64,000 nucleotides of DNA from assembly GCA_000091205.1 (NCBI GenBank), contig AP006496.2, one strand, 5' to 3'. This document shows, in pieces, positions 10,938 through 23,900 of this stretch. Below the pieces are notes generated by a model. That model did no database searches and was not told the origin of the DNA. It worked only from the letters and a program-made list of their open reading frames with translations. Source of the stretch: Cyanidioschyzon merolae. Taxonomy: Eukaryota. How positions within the stretch are numbered: the stretch's first letter is position 1; each line of letters opens with the position of its first letter. A program made the position numbers and the translations under genes.

Positions 10938-12464
10938 ATGCTGTGCCAAGTTCGAGGCAGCGAAAGCGATCTCCTGCGGCTTGCTGCCGAGAACCCCGAG
11001 GGATTCGGACCCTGCATACGGCCCAGCGGTTGCTATTTTCGGGAAGAACTGGACGCGCTTCTGGCGCGCCCGCCTGTTGATGGACAGGTGCGGCAGCGAA
11101 GTTTTTCGGGAAGTTTGCTACCGAAACTGGGCGCGGCAGCGCAGGGTCTCAGTGCGTGCTGCACAGGGCTGGAATCAAGGCGTTGCGTTGCGCAGCTTGG
11201 GCACGTCAGTAAGCCACCAGCTGCGCTTTGCGAGCGTCTGGTTTTGTTTATCATTGACTATGACGACACCTTGTATCCAACGAGTCAACTGGGGTCTGCT
11301 GTGCTTCAGCTACAGAGGTTGGAGGAGCTGGCCCAGGCGCAGGCTACCCGCGAAGCTTCACAGCGTGCGGTGGAGGTTCCGCGCTCCCCGAGGTGCTCCT
11401 CACTGCCGCCGAGTCCTGACACGCGTTCCTCAGTGATGCTTGTTTTGGATGACTCTATACCCTATCCGAGTTCCATGCAGCTGGACCAGCACCCATCGGA
11501 GGCGGCTGACGAGATGCATGCGGATGCTCCGTCGGCCGTGCCGAGCATTCGCCCTGGCAGGAGCCCGGGGACCCCGTACGCCACCAGCGAGATCACGTCG
11601 ATATTCACGCAGTTGGCGTATGCTCCCGCTGAGCTGTACGCCTTATGCGTTGAGCTCGACGAAACGGTTTCAGCCTTTCTAACTCTCTGTCTTGACTCGG
11701 GTCGGAACCATCACGTCTCTATTGTAACGAATGCTGACTTGCGTTGGGTGTTTTCCTCGAGTAGGGGCGCGCTACCCCGTACCCATCGTCTGCTATTTGA
11801 CAAAACCGTTTTCGACGCGGAGGCTGGTGCCATTCACACCAGCACTAGCACGAGCCGTACATGTGCTTGCATTTCGGCTCGCGGGCGGTATGGTGACCTG
11901 CGTGATGACGGTACCGAGGCCGTCGGCAGAGACCCGACTGACTGGAAAGTGGCCTGTTTTCGCGACGAAATCGAGAGAGTTCTTGGCGAACGAGATGCGC
12001 TAAGGCGTGAATGGGCTTTTTGGCAGCAGCAGCAGGAGCTCCGCAAGCAAGTCCTGCACGGAAGCACACTCTGGGACGATGCGTTCGAGACCGTATGCGA
12101 GAAGGAGCCCTGCGAACGCTGTCTGGATGCACATCGGCAATTCGAAAGCGATCGACGGCAGCGAGGTATTCGTATGCCTTCCGTCGCCTCCCGAGCTTGT
12201 TTGACGAAAATCCCCTTTGACCTCTTCGTGATCGGTGATAGTGAATATGAAATGGAAGCTGCTCGAAAGATTCATGTCGAATTTCCCATGGCCCGTCTGA
12301 AAGCCATCAAGATGATCGAAGAACCTAGCATGGTGGATATTATGCATCAGCTCAGAGAACTTGCGAAAGAATTACCAGCGTTTATTCAGGCCCGTGGAGA
12401 TCTCCAGCTGGAGCTGGCAAAGTCAACTGGTACGTCTTTGGATGACGTGCACACCTTAACTTGA
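10938..12464 (+). CDS. HAD-superfamily phosphatase-like protein carrying a large low-complexity insertion.
   Basis: Motif I 'LFIIDYDDTLYP' is DxDxT (MDP-1-like DLDYTLW). The motif II candidate is 'HHVSIVTNA'. Motif IV is 'LFVIGDSEYEMEAARK'. About 300 aa of S/P/A-rich sequence lie between the core motifs. The track start at 10920 is TTG; the ATG is at 10938. Confidence 0.5.
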   Translation: MLCQVRGSESDLLRLAAENPEGFGPCIRPSGCYFREELDALLARPPVDGQVRQRSFSGSLLPKLGAAAQGLSACCTGLESRRCVAQLGHVSKPPAALCERLVLFIIDYDDTLYPTSQLGSAVLQLQRLEELAQAQATREASQRAVEVPRSPRCSSLPPSPDTRSSVMLVLDDSIPYPSSMQLDQHPSEAADEMHADAPSAVPSIRPGRSPGTPYATSEITSIFTQLAYAPAELYALCVELDETVSAFLTLCLDSGRNHHVSIVTNADLRWVFSSSRGALPRTHRLLFDKTVFDAEAGAIHTSTSTSRTCACISARGRYGDLRDDGTEAVGRDPTDWKVACFRDEIERVLGERDALRREWAFWQQQQELRKQVLHGSTLWDDAFETVCEKEPCERCLDAHRQFESDRRQRGIRMPSVASRACLTKIPFDLFVIGDSEYEMEAARKIHVEFPMARLKAIKMIEEPSMVDIMHQLRELAKELPAFIQARGDLQLELAKSTGTSLDDVHTLT

Positions 12465-14697
12465 TTGCAGAACCGCTTGTTTGCTCGCGTAAAACATGTA
12501 CACTGACCAAGATCAAAATGCAGGAACGCCAATATCTTCTACGAATTGCCTGGGAGAATCGGTCCCGGTTTCTGTATACAGCGATTCAGGCTTGCTGGAC
12601 GCCTGCTTCGTGGAACCCCAGTGTCTCGCGATCGGCGAGAGTCCAACGCGCTCTCACCCGACCACTGATGTATTTGCATCGCAAGTCTTCGGCAATTCAG
12701 TGCATTACCTAGACTGTGTTCTAAACAATGCCCTCCAAGTCCACGCACCCCAGAGCCGCTAAAAGCCCCGGAGGCATGACATCATCGTCGAAAAATGACC
12801 AAGGTGTTCAAGTCTGTGTCCAGAGAGTGCTTGCGCGCATGGTCGCTGGCGGAATCACACGGAAACGAGCGTCGCTCCATCGATCGCATGGCCATCCGAC
12901 GTTTCCTCATCTTAACGGACATCTTCTGATGCATATGAATTTGTTTGCAATCCCATCTTCCCGATCTATTCCAGGTGCACCTGTGCTCTTTATAAGCGTA
13001 CCTCGTCCGAAACGCATCGGTGTTCGTGGTCCAGAATCGATTCCTGCACCCGTCGCACGTTGTCGTCGAAGGATGCGGCGTGCCGCTTTCGTGCGTGGCA
13101 CTACGTCCAGCGTTATTGGATACCACGAAACGGCGCCTCGTATCGGCGATTTCCATCTTCAATTCATTGCAATGTATCATGGATGCACGCATGTTGCCTC
13201 CTTAGAACCGAGACCTGTGGAGATGTCGGCTCGGTTTCGTGGGCACCCGCCAAAGATCGCCCGCATGAGCCGCTTGGACGCTCATCTACGCTCTCTGAAT
13301 AAAGCCTCCAAAACGTCCCTTCTGCTTGGTAGGGTGCTCAGAGCATGGTGATGTGTTCGGATACCGTCATGCCAACTGTTCGTATTCCTTTTAGCGTTCC
13401 TATGTCCGACGCTCAATCATACAGATCCCTCGACAAACGGAGCAGCTCCAACTGCTTTCCGTTCCTGCGTTTCGCCCCGTGCGCTCGATTTTTCTGTACA
13501 GCAACGACCATGACGATCTTGGACCCGGAATCCGGGCTCACCACGAAGCGTTCCTCTTCAGCTGCCTTGCACGGGTGAAAACGAGTCTCGTTAGATAACT
13601 CAGGCCTTGATTTCAGGAGTTTTACACAGATCATGCAGATGGATATTCTGTCGGTCTCTCAAGTCTTTGCGTACTTCTTTCCATTTTCTGCCCGTCTACG
13701 GGGAACCTTGATCGAGCTCCACCAATGCCCATTGCGAACTTTGTCGAATGCTTCATCGTTGATCACAGGTACCGACTACATCGCTTGTTCTTGCGCGGTA
13801 TGCTGCTATAGATGTCGCCTCTAGACTTCATACCCGCTTACTTCCGGTTAGTTCAGACGCACTGGATGCGCAGCAACACAGAATCACGTCTTTTCTATGT
13901 ATTTACCCACCATTCCTCGACTACAATTCATTCACCCTCTACGTCGTGAGCACGCTCACGGGCAGAAGCGAACCTTTCTGCCCCGGCCCGAGCTCGAGTA
14001 GAGAAGCGGCGTACCTGTCCAATGGTGCTGAAGGTAGAGAACAACTCGAGTAGAAACATGCGAGTTTCAAAACGGTGTTCGATAACAGACAAGACACCTG
14101 CGACTGCACTTACCTGGATCGACAGAACTTCTACACTAGCCAGGCATCGCCGATTCCGCGATTATCGTCGGTATCGCGGAGCGTGTCTCTCGTTCTTCGT
14201 ACGACATTCAAGCTCCGTAACCCATACTTATCCATGGAGATTCTGGCCATTCCGTACGTTTCATCGTGCTTCAAACCTGCCGTGAACGTCCGTCATAGCA
14301 CTTGTGGCGCCGGTGCGCACGCTACATGGAACAGAGCAGTGTTGTTTTGGACTGTACTGATGTAGGGCGAATAGGCTGGCCCAGGGAGCAGCTCAACGCC
14401 AATCTCAGCTGCATAATCCCTCGGCCGCTTTTGAGTGATGCAACCCGAAGTCGTCCATGACCAGGACAGAATCGTGTCGGCAGGAGAATCAGCGAGCAGT
14501 ACTGCGATGAAGGATGCAGTGTTTTACCATACTGCCGCTCTGGCGACGAACAGACGACCGCATGATTGCATCGTCGCTCGGGAAGCTGTTGTGGACGCGC
14601 GCGCATGGCCGCCTCTGTACGAAGAGCGGTTTGCCCCTACTGGAGTTCCCCTGCAAACGCCTGTCATGTCAAGTCTCGTCGAGTGAGCCGAACACGT

Positions 14698-14726
14698 GCT
14701 GCTGCTGCTGCTGCTGCTACTGCTGG
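14698..14726. repeat. (GCT)n microsatellite.
   Basis: gctgctgctgctgctgctactgctgg. Confidence 0.9.
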
Positions 14727-16511
14727 AATAGGCGGTCGCATTCCAGTACGTCACCGATGATGTGTTGTTCATGGAATGACGGTCTAGAAGCGCGATATCG
14801 TTTCTTCTATCATCGTATCGTATCGAAAATGCAGAGAACTTTACATGCGCTGACTTCATTAACAGTACTTCGCAGACAACCTACGGGGTAGGATGCCTTG
14901 ACGAGGACAAAGGCATGTAAACAACGCTTGAAAAGTTCTTCTTTGGGTGCACAACATTCAGTTCAAGGACCAGAATACTTGCAATGAACCTACCTGCTGG
15001 CCGTATATATAATGACGCTCACAAGTGAGGACGTTTTCTCGCGCGAGCAGTGTCAGTATGATGTGTTTGAGGAACCCTCCTCCGATCAACAAGTTATATT
15101 CTTCTGTTGAATATCCGCGAGACGAAATCACAAAAACAAAAACGGGTGTGCTCACAAAGACGTTTCAACACTCAAGGCTCTGAGTGTAGCGCCACGGTAT
15201 ACCTAGTCGACAGTCCAGGCTTTGTATCCAGAGCGTTCCACATAGATCGTGTATCCGTAGTGTACTGCGGCCGGAAAAGCGCCTTGCGCACCGAAGCCGC
15301 TCCCACACTCGTAAAACATCACCCACAGTGCATCACAATCGGGCGGTGACTGGCATGCAGCCGGCACCCCGTACAGCCAACACGCGACGAGAGTATTCAC
15401 AGAGCACTTGGTTTTCGATACCAAAGTACCTGTTTACATTCGAAAACACCAATGGGATTGCAGTCCTGGAAGACGGCACCTCGCGCAAAGTCGGATGCTC
15501 TATGCCGGGGAACGGCGCACCGTGCGCTTCGCTCGCCCTGGGATCAGCAACGGACTCCACGCGTTTCAGGGAATGTGAAGAGAACAAACACGAGCCAGGT
15601 CCGGAATCTCTGATGGTTCGTTGCATCGAGTTTAGAGAAATGGTCGAAGCGTCGCTACCGAACACAAGCGGATCCGGTACTTCGCCATTTTCGTTAACGC
15701 CTGGCATTTGCCAGGAGTGTCCGGTTCCGTTGCAGATCAATGGTCGTTGCACAACGAACAGCATGCGATCCACAAGACTCGGAACGAGAAGCGCATACGT
15801 GCGCATTCAAACAAATACGCTCATTAGACGTGGGATTCCGAATGTGCTCGGCGGTGTCAGTCCAGAGTTTCCTCTTTCATCACTCCAGGTGATCATGTGC
15901 ACGCCCTTAACTCCTCTGAAATGCTGCACTACACTTCAAAAGATATTTGGAGACGTCGACAGCAATGAAGTCACTAAAGATAACCTTACCACCATTACCA
16001 AAGCAAATCTCTGTTTGAGCGCACTTTGTATGCATCAATCGCCATCATGACCCGGGAACGACATGACATCACTGGAAGCACCGCGTATCATGTACGCATG
16101 CGCTGTGTATGTTCTATGTATGCATCGTATACAAATCATAGATTGCCTATTCATGAATCATGCATCCGCGCTCTAGAAATACTCGATGCACGCACGTACG
16201 CAACGCGTCGACCTAGGCGGATATCAGGTAAGCGGCATGCGTGCATGCTGAAAATACCCAAACAAGTATCATAGAAGAGATCTTCTTTGTGGCGACAAGT
16301 AACCAGACTAAACCGATGATTACTTCCTCGGTATGTGAGCGCAGGAAGAAAACGACACATCCCGAGAACGCTGGCAACGTTCCCCGTAAAACAGCGCCGC
16401 CAACATAGCTGCTTTGCGCACCCTGCACATGCATGCATAGAATGCGCTTGATGGCCCAAAATATTGGTACTTGGGGAAGCGCCTTGGAAAACATTTTCCA
16501 GACCGCAAATC

Positions 16512-18761
16512 TTACGCATGCTGCCCATCCAATACGGCATCCACTTCTTCGGCATCGACGGCAAAAGCTGAGACAAACCCCGGTGTTGCTGGTGCAGGAT
16601 GCGCGAATACACTACCATTTGTCGGTGCATCCTGGTCATCGAGAGCGTGCTCCGTCTGTCGTCGCCACATATCTGCATAGTGCCCATTCAGCGCGAGAAG
16701 CGCTGTGTGCGTGCCTCGCTCCACAATACGGCCTTGGTGTAGCACCAGAATCTCATCGGCGTTGACGATTGTTGCGAGTCGATGAGCAACGACCAAAACC
16801 GTTCGATTTTGGCCCAGCTCATCCAACGCAGCTGTTATCTCGCGTTCGGTTTTCGAGTCAAGCGCCGAAGTTGCTTCATCCAAACAGAGAATCCGCGGGT
16901 TCCGGAGGATCGCTCGTGCAATTGCTACCCGTTGTTTCTCACCACCGCTGAGGCGAATGCCGCGCTCGCCGACTAGCGTATCGTACTGGTCGGGCATCGC
17001 ACGAATCGTCTCGTCAATTTTGGCAAGGCGGGCGGCCTCCTCTACCTCCGTCTTGCTCGCGGTTACGTTGCCGTAGGCGATGTTGTAAAATATCGTGTCG
17101 TTAAAAAGAGCTGCCTCCTGTGGAATGAACCCGATCGCTGCCCGCAACGACGACTGGCGAATATTGCGAATCGATTGACCATCAATCAGGATATTGCCCT
17201 CTGTTGCATCGTATAGGCGGTACAGGAGACGTAGGATGGTCGACTTGCCGCCGCCGCTTCCGCCGACGATAGCCGTCTTCTTCCCCGGTGGCACTCGGAA
17301 ACTAATATCGGATAAAACAGGACGCAGCTGACCAGTTACCGGTTCGGGATAGGCGAAGCTCACACGCTCGAAGCGGATCTCGCCGCCTTGACGCAGTTCC
17401 AGCTCGACTGCGTCAGCAGCATCGCAGACAGTAGGTCGCCTTCGTAACAAATCGAATAGATTCTCCAAGTCGACAAGAGCGGCTTTGAGCTCCCGCGTTT
17501 GCCATCCGAGGAACTGCAGCGGCACGCTGAGTTGCTGGAACAGCGATCCAGCCATGACGAGGTCACCGACGGTGAGCGCCTGCTGGACAACACCCCAGGC
17601 GCCGAAAGCATTGATCATAGCATAGGCGACGTTGAAGATCGTCGCCTGCCCTGCATTCAGGAGCGCATACATGCCCTCGTTGCGTACGGCACACTCCTCG
17701 TACGCAGCAAGAACCTTGTCGAAACGGACAGTCTCAAAATTAGCTCGGTCAAAGTATTTCACTGTATCAAAGTTCATCAGCGAGTCAGTGGCCTTGGCGT
17801 TGGCCTCATTATCCAAGTCATTCAAGCGCCGCCGAATAGGAATGAAAGATCGATTCACCCGCAGCGTGAAGAGCACGTAAAATACAAAGAAGGCCAGCGT
17901 GGCTGCGCTCATACTCCAGCTTAACCGCGTTGCCATGATCACGCACACCAGCAACAACTCGAACATCGACGGCAGAAAACTCAAGAAGAGCGCTCGAAAA
18001 AGCGTCATCACCGAGCGGGTGCCACGATTCACAATAGCCGTGACCTGGCCGACTTTGGCCGTCAACAGAAACGAATGATCCAGCTCCAGGAGGTGCTTGA
18101 ACGTCGCACGCGAGATCTGTCGACCTATGCGCTGCGCAGCACGAATGAAGACAATGCTCCGCAACTCATGCAGGACGTTGCCTAGCGTTCGCAGCATGCC
18201 ATGCATGCAGAAGAGGATAATCGCAATGAGTGCCCAGCGCTCTCCGGTTGCCGCCCCACTGCTCAGTGCATCGATACCACGCTTGAATAGAAACGGCACA
18301 CAGACTAGCAGCACTTTCGACAGCACCATAAGGACCAGGGCAATCATAAATCGGCGGGGCAGATCAGGTTCGTGGCGAAACAGTGCTTGTAAGTACCGCA
18401 GAAATACCCGGAACGTCGACTGGGCGCCTGGTAGCGAAAGCTCTTCCGCAGTCCGGTATTCGGCGTCAAAAGCAGACTGTTTCTGGAGACTGTAGGGTTC
18501 CAAGAGCCTTCTGTCAATGCAACACTCATCGATATCATGCACGGGTACGAAGAGCTTTTCGAAGACCTCTGGTGACCCGGTCGGCGGTTTCGAGGCGTTT
18601 GCTGCTGAACAGCGCCAGCTGCGGGCCAGCGGCTCCTTGGTCGGTTTTCGCAGCAACTGCTGGTACGGCGTGCACTTTGCTCGAGGCGCGCAACCCGGAA
18701 ACCGCCTTGGCAGACTGGTTCTGTGTAACGTCACGCGAGGTACAGCGAACACGAAAGCCAT
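16512..18761 (-). CDS. ATM1: Mitochondrial ATM1/ABCB7-type ABC half-transporter (ABCB family).
   Basis: It has TMD then NBD architecture. Walker A is 'GGSGGGKST', the ABC signature is 'LSGGEKQRVAIARAIL', and Walker B is 'ILCLDEATSALD'. The N-terminal TM region 'RRFMIALVLMVLSKVLLVCVPFLFKRGIDAL' and the C-terminal 'LNGHYADMWRRQ' resemble ATM1. The track start at 18782 is GTG; the ATG is at 18761. Confidence 0.88.
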   Translation of the reverse strand: MAFVFAVPRVTLHRTSLPRRFPGCAPRAKCTPYQQLLRKPTKEPLARSWRCSAANASKPPTGSPEVFEKLFVPVHDIDECCIDRRLLEPYSLQKQSAFDAEYRTAEELSLPGAQSTFRVFLRYLQALFRHEPDLPRRFMIALVLMVLSKVLLVCVPFLFKRGIDALSSGAATGERWALIAIILFCMHGMLRTLGNVLHELRSIVFIRAAQRIGRQISRATFKHLLELDHSFLLTAKVGQVTAIVNRGTRSVMTLFRALFLSFLPSMFELLLVCVIMATRLSWSMSAATLAFFVFYVLFTLRVNRSFIPIRRRLNDLDNEANAKATDSLMNFDTVKYFDRANFETVRFDKVLAAYEECAVRNEGMYALLNAGQATIFNVAYAMINAFGAWGVVQQALTVGDLVMAGSLFQQLSVPLQFLGWQTRELKAALVDLENLFDLLRRRPTVCDAADAVELELRQGGEIRFERVSFAYPEPVTGQLRPVLSDISFRVPPGKKTAIVGGSGGGKSTILRLLYRLYDATEGNILIDGQSIRNIRQSSLRAAIGFIPQEAALFNDTIFYNIAYGNVTASKTEVEEAARLAKIDETIRAMPDQYDTLVGERGIRLSGGEKQRVAIARAILRNPRILCLDEATSALDSKTEREITAALDELGQNRTVLVVAHRLATIVNADEILVLHQGRIVERGTHTALLALNGHYADMWRRQTEHALDDQDAPTNGSVFAHPAPATPGFVSAFAVDAEEVDAVLDGQHA

Positions 18762-20129
18762 GCTTGGCTCGAACGTGCGCACCAGTGCACCGCGTAGAGA
18801 AGACGGGCCCAGCTGAAGCCTATGTCCTCTGAATTGACCAATGAACCTCCAAAACAGTCAATTGACGCGAGAGAAATTCTCGCTAGCTTCACCACAAGCA
18901 AGAATGTTGAGCGTTCCGCCCACACCTGCCGAGACGGTGGAACCAATGGAACCACGCGGACGCTACAGTTTCTTCAAAATACGAGCGCTCTATCCAAAGG
19001 GAGCAGCTAACCACGCCGTATCCGTCTAAAAGCGCAAGTTTCGTGCCAAAGCCTCCGTAGCACGCGTTCGTAGCCTATATCGTTCCTGGTGCAACCTGAA
19101 GCTCCGGGGATTGTTTCGTGCGATCGGCACCGGATCGTTCACGCCCGAGGCGAGCGGCCGAGGACGCTTCATTCTGCGAACATGAAAATCGAAAAGTGCC
19201 GTGCCGCAACGCTCAGGATTCGCTGGAAGGCACACCTGGACGCTTCCATCGGTTAGCAAAGAAATAGACTCGACACAGGTGTCGGTGAAGAAGCTGACGG
19301 TGCTTTCGTATGCACAGGCTGCGCTCAGACGTACCGACACACGCGTCGTACTATCGTGGAACACTGAGATACAGGCTCTGTTCTATGCTTGAGATTTTTA
19401 CGAACATGTTTCTCGATGTACATCCTCAATTTTTGACGTACAACAAAAAGGATTAATGAATGCAAGTTTAGTTTGGGATTATTGATTGTCAGTTCGGAAT
19501 GGCTCATTCGACGCGTTCCCGCTGGAGTTCGTGACGATCCGAGACTACAGATGATTCGTGACGCTCTCCAACAAGAGCTCCTAAACTAATCGATATAGAC
19601 ATCCAATGCATACGTAAAGGCCTGCACGCTCGTCCTTTCCTGACGTATACCATGCTCAAATCATGCACTATTCAAATTTCTGGTCTCGCTGTTTCAACGC
19701 AACGCGCGGGAACAGCAAATCGCGCTGCAGTATTGACGAGGAAAAGAATCCGACGACGAGCCCTGACAGCTTCCTCATATACGCTTATGCCGTAAGTTCC
19801 ATGAATTTGTCGCATCAAGTGATCGACTCCGTTCGATAGACAAATTCTCATCGCTTTGCGGCCTTCGGCGAAACTGGACTCGACAGCAGCATGATACCTC
19901 GCATGGGATATGTTTCCAGAGACGGCAGGCTCTTCTGCTCACACGGGAATGGGTGTTAGGCTCGGACTTCAGTCACCGCAGTGATCGCTTCTGGTGGAAG
20001 GTGCGCCAACGCTCGGCATGATGGGTGCCTAGGCGGGTCGAAAGCTGTTGCCTTCTCCGCCAGCTTGGATTCTCCTTCCCGAACTTGTATCATTATGGTC
20101 ATCGTCGCTTTCCGTAAATCCTCTATCGA

Positions 20130-20900
20130 ATGAGACTGTGTGCACTTGCGTGCGCAGCAGACGGAATACTCGCAGAGGGCATCACCCAGAAGAAGCCCGT
20201 CACCATAGGGTACGGCACCCAGCACGGAAACGAAGGAGCGCATCGTGACGAGCTTTTCGTACCCGTCATCGGCACGTACCGAGTGATGAAGGGAATGTTC
20301 ACGTGGAGCAGAGCAGACCTCGGAGAATCAGGTACGGTGGACATATCCGAACAACTGGCTACACGCAGGAGTCGCTGCTGTAAAGCGTGCACTGAGACGA
20401 AACGCAAAAAAGATGAAAATGAGAAGTGAGGCGTCGATCGCAACGACCGTCTGGGCATGAAATGCGTGCAAAACGTACACAAGTAGCGAAACTGGGACTT
20501 AAACGCTACCGTACATATCCGTTGACAGCGGACAATGGAACATGAGGGATTGGTGAGACCGTCGTCGCATTGAAAGCTGATCACGAGAGAGAGAGGAACA
20601 AGATGCGGTTGCAGAAAAAATCTCGTAGAGGCTGGTGTTGATGAAAATGAGAAGCGTCCCAAACTTGAGGGTTTCCATCCGAACGAGTATCCCGGTTCAG
20701 CGTTATTCTGACATGGGCGTGAAAACATCAGAGCATGGCTCTGGTCCCTGCAATGCATCATGCCGCCTCTGTTACGGTCCGCTTCGCTCTGGTATGCTCG
20801 AGTGCGATATCCACTAATGGCAGTGGTCTCGCGCGCCTGCTCAGCGCACGGAACTCGACTGCGCATGAGCCGCAGCGTTTCGCGCACCGGACTTGCACTG
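20130..20900 (+). mobile_element. TnpB/Fanzor-like relic, family 2 copy 2.
   Basis: ORF 20130..20429 'GITQKKPVTIGYGTQHGNEG...VDISEQLATRRSRCCKACTE' carries the RuvC-II E and a CxxC. The RuvC-III box 'WDLNATVHIR' (D at ~20486) is immediately followed by a stop. The downstream tail 'tctgacatgggcgtg' is shared with copy 3. It lies immediately 3' of the helicase gene. Confidence 0.6.
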
Positions 20901-20944
20901 ACTCAAACGCATACCCGATCAGCATCAGCCGGGTATATCCCGAG

Positions 20945-23900
20945 CTAATGGTCGAGCGTGTTCAGTGCCGTGCCTGCCAGCGACGGCGGCAGCGGCTCGC
21001 AATGCTCCAGAACTCGTCGCCATATGGGATTCGAGGTCAATGTGAGTCGATGGCCAGTAATGATGAGGTGATGACTGGCCCGAGTGAGCGCGACGTTCAC
21101 ACGTTCCAGCGAATCCAGTAGTTGTCGACCCTGAGACCGGCAGCTGCAAACCGTCGAGAGCACAATCAGCTTGCGCTCGCCGCCTTGAAAAGCATCGATG
21201 GTGCTGATCTTGACGGATGCCATACTCCAGCGACTGGATTCGATTTTCGCTGCCGATATCCGAGGCCTGTGCCCCAATTCGGCGTTGTCCGAGGCGTTTG
21301 CAAGGTGTTGGATAATGGCGGCTTGGGCCCGATACAAACAGATAACCCCCACTTGTGTGGGTTCCATGGCAGAGCACCGCGCGATTCGCTGGAGAAAACG
21401 CACAATCCATTGCGCTTCCACGCGATTGAAACGACTCTTATCCAGGCTAGCTTCGTCATGACCATCGATTGGCACAAAAGTAACCGGGGCGAGCCTGGGC
21501 ACCGCCGCTGGAAATGCGGTAATCGGGTACGCGCTTCGTACGGCGCCTCCATAGGCGAGCTCGGATGCGATCTGAGCAATCTGGGGATGGCATCTGAACT
21601 GCACAGTGAGATATAGGTTCAGTACATCGGCTCGTTCACCGAGGCGCTTCAACAGCGACCTACTTATGCAGCACTGGTCGGGAACGTCTTCCGAGGACCT
21701 GCCGCTCATCAATGGGGGCAGTTGTCGCTCGTCGCCGGCGATCACGACAAAGACGTGATCGGCGCCGAGTTCTAGAATGGGTGCCAGAGCAAGCGGCTCC
21801 ATGATCTGCGAGGCCTCATCAACGAGAACGACATCGAAGCGGAGTCCGTGCAGAATGGCCTGCGTTGCAGAAGCGCAGGTAACACCGACTACTGATCGAC
21901 TCCGAAACGCTTCTCGACTTGCTTTCTCAACTGTTTCAGAATCCAGTTCTTCAGCTGGTGCTCGTAGATCGAGACATGAGTCGCGTCTTCGCTGCGGACA
22001 TAGCTTCGTCGAGGTTGCATTCCCTGTGAAACAGATCTGCGGGGCGCTGACGAGCTTCATCAGGCCGGTGCGGCATCCACTTCCCGACACGCGTTTCCGC
22101 AGCGCCGACATTGATTGCTCCACCTGCGTGCTGTCTCGAGGAGACGGAAATTCACCGTCCACGGGGGCGACGGTGGGCGCCTCATGCGACATAGCTTGAG
22201 CGATATTCGTTCCAGCAGACGCTGGATGGACCTGCATGGAGTCTCGTCCATTGTCTACTGTCGCTCGACGGAAGCGTTTCTTGAATCCCTTTAGTGTGAA
22301 TTCGCACACACTTGGATGCATTCGCCCTTCGTTACCCGCGCGAGCAAAGTCCTTGAAGCCGCGCTGCAACAGCCCAAGTAGAATATTGTCGACGGCGACA
22401 TTGGTACCAGCAGCAACGAGGATACGAAGCGATGGTTGTTGCTCTAACATTGCCAGGATGCTCTCCACCAAGGTTCGGGTCTTGCCAGTGCCAAACGCTC
22501 CGTGCACGGCAACCAAATGAGGTCGATCAACGCCTCTCGCTTGCGAGTCCTTGCTTCTAATGAGAGCGACGCCGTTCAAACACGCCTGGATGACTTGTTG
22601 TTGTTGTTGTTGTTGTTCCAAGTTCCAAGCGGATGAAACGGTTTCCAACCGCTGGTGCTGCGCAGCGCATGCTGACGCCAGCTCTGTTGGAACGCCACCA
22701 CTGCTAGGACATGGCGAGTCGAGCGAAAAGAGCGTGCGCTGCCGTCCCTCAAGCTGAACAGCGGGATCGGAAGAAGGCTTTGAATCGGAACGTGTACCCG
22801 GTTCGGCACTCGACGGCACAAGTGGAATGTCAGCATTTGCAAATGGTTGCCCGCCGCAACTTTCTAGCGACTTTTGATCCTCATTCCGAAGAGGGACTTG
22901 CTGGAGACAATCATTTTGCGCTTGTGGCTGCTTGGTATTGGTGGTTGCTACCGGAGAACCGACGAGCTGGCGCAAGACATGGAGCCGCCCGAACGGCTCC
23001 TCGTTCAAAAACGCGTCTAAACACAGCAGCTCTGTGGGCAAGCATGCGCAGCACATGACGAGAACGCTACAAGGCTGCTTTCGCCATATACGACGGTTGC
23101 AGCGTCCTAGCGGCTGGACCTCCAAGAGGCCGGATACCGTCGAAACGCCATGGTACAGGGAGCGCACCAACGTAACTCCATCAGCGACTGCGGATGAATG
23201 TTCGCTACGGAAATGCTCCCGCCAAGCTGTGCGCGTTCCGAGGGCCCAGAGCGCGTCACGGTCCAGGCAAGTGGCGAATTCATCGAGTCTGCTCTCGGGT
23301 CGAAAGCGCAGAAAGTACTTCGTACCGGGAACCAGTTGATCGTCCGGCGGTTGTTTGGTTTCGTCATGCAAGCCATGGCGAGTTCGCTGGGCGTTTTTGG
23401 CTGTTCGCGACATCACAGCGAAACTTTCAACGCCATGTCGCACGATGAGAGCAGAACCTTGCCGATGCGGAAGTGCAATATGTGCATATGCAGGCTGTTT
23501 TGAGGAATGGTCCAGAAGTTGCTCGCAGGCGCGTTCCAGAACTTCAGCCTGAGCATCAAGCTGCTTTTGTATCTGTGCAGCAAGCAAAAGGAGCATCTCT
23601 TGACGGTATGCGGGAATCGAGTTCCATGTATTGGTTGTTTGGAGCGATACTTGAGTACTCGAAGACGATCCAGCTGGCTTGCGGCCACCGGGACACAGCT
23701 CGCCAACATCCGCAGTTTCCTTGCGACTCGAAGCGCTCCTGCGCGGGAACGTGAGCGTCAGATCCTGCGCATTCGTGATCTGCCGGCTAGCGCTGCTGCG
23801 ATGTCTCACCGAAACACCGACGCTGTCGATTGCTCCCGAGGAAGGGAGACACGTTGCAAGTCGCGGATGCGACGCGCTGACCCGAAACCGAGGCGGCTCT

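Noticed and set aside
15203-15806. The minus-strand ORFs 15333..15806 and 15203..15424, including the fragment 'CDALWVMFYECGSGFGAQGAFPAAVHYGYTIYVE'.
   Set aside because: I could not assign any family with confidence. The opposite strand carries an equally long ORF (15328..16050), so the coding strand is undetermined.
20123-20887. A 254-aa minus-strand ORF.
   Set aside because: It is antisense to Fanzor-like copy 2. Its similarity to 57251..57505 (minus) simply reflects the repeat and is not an independent gene.
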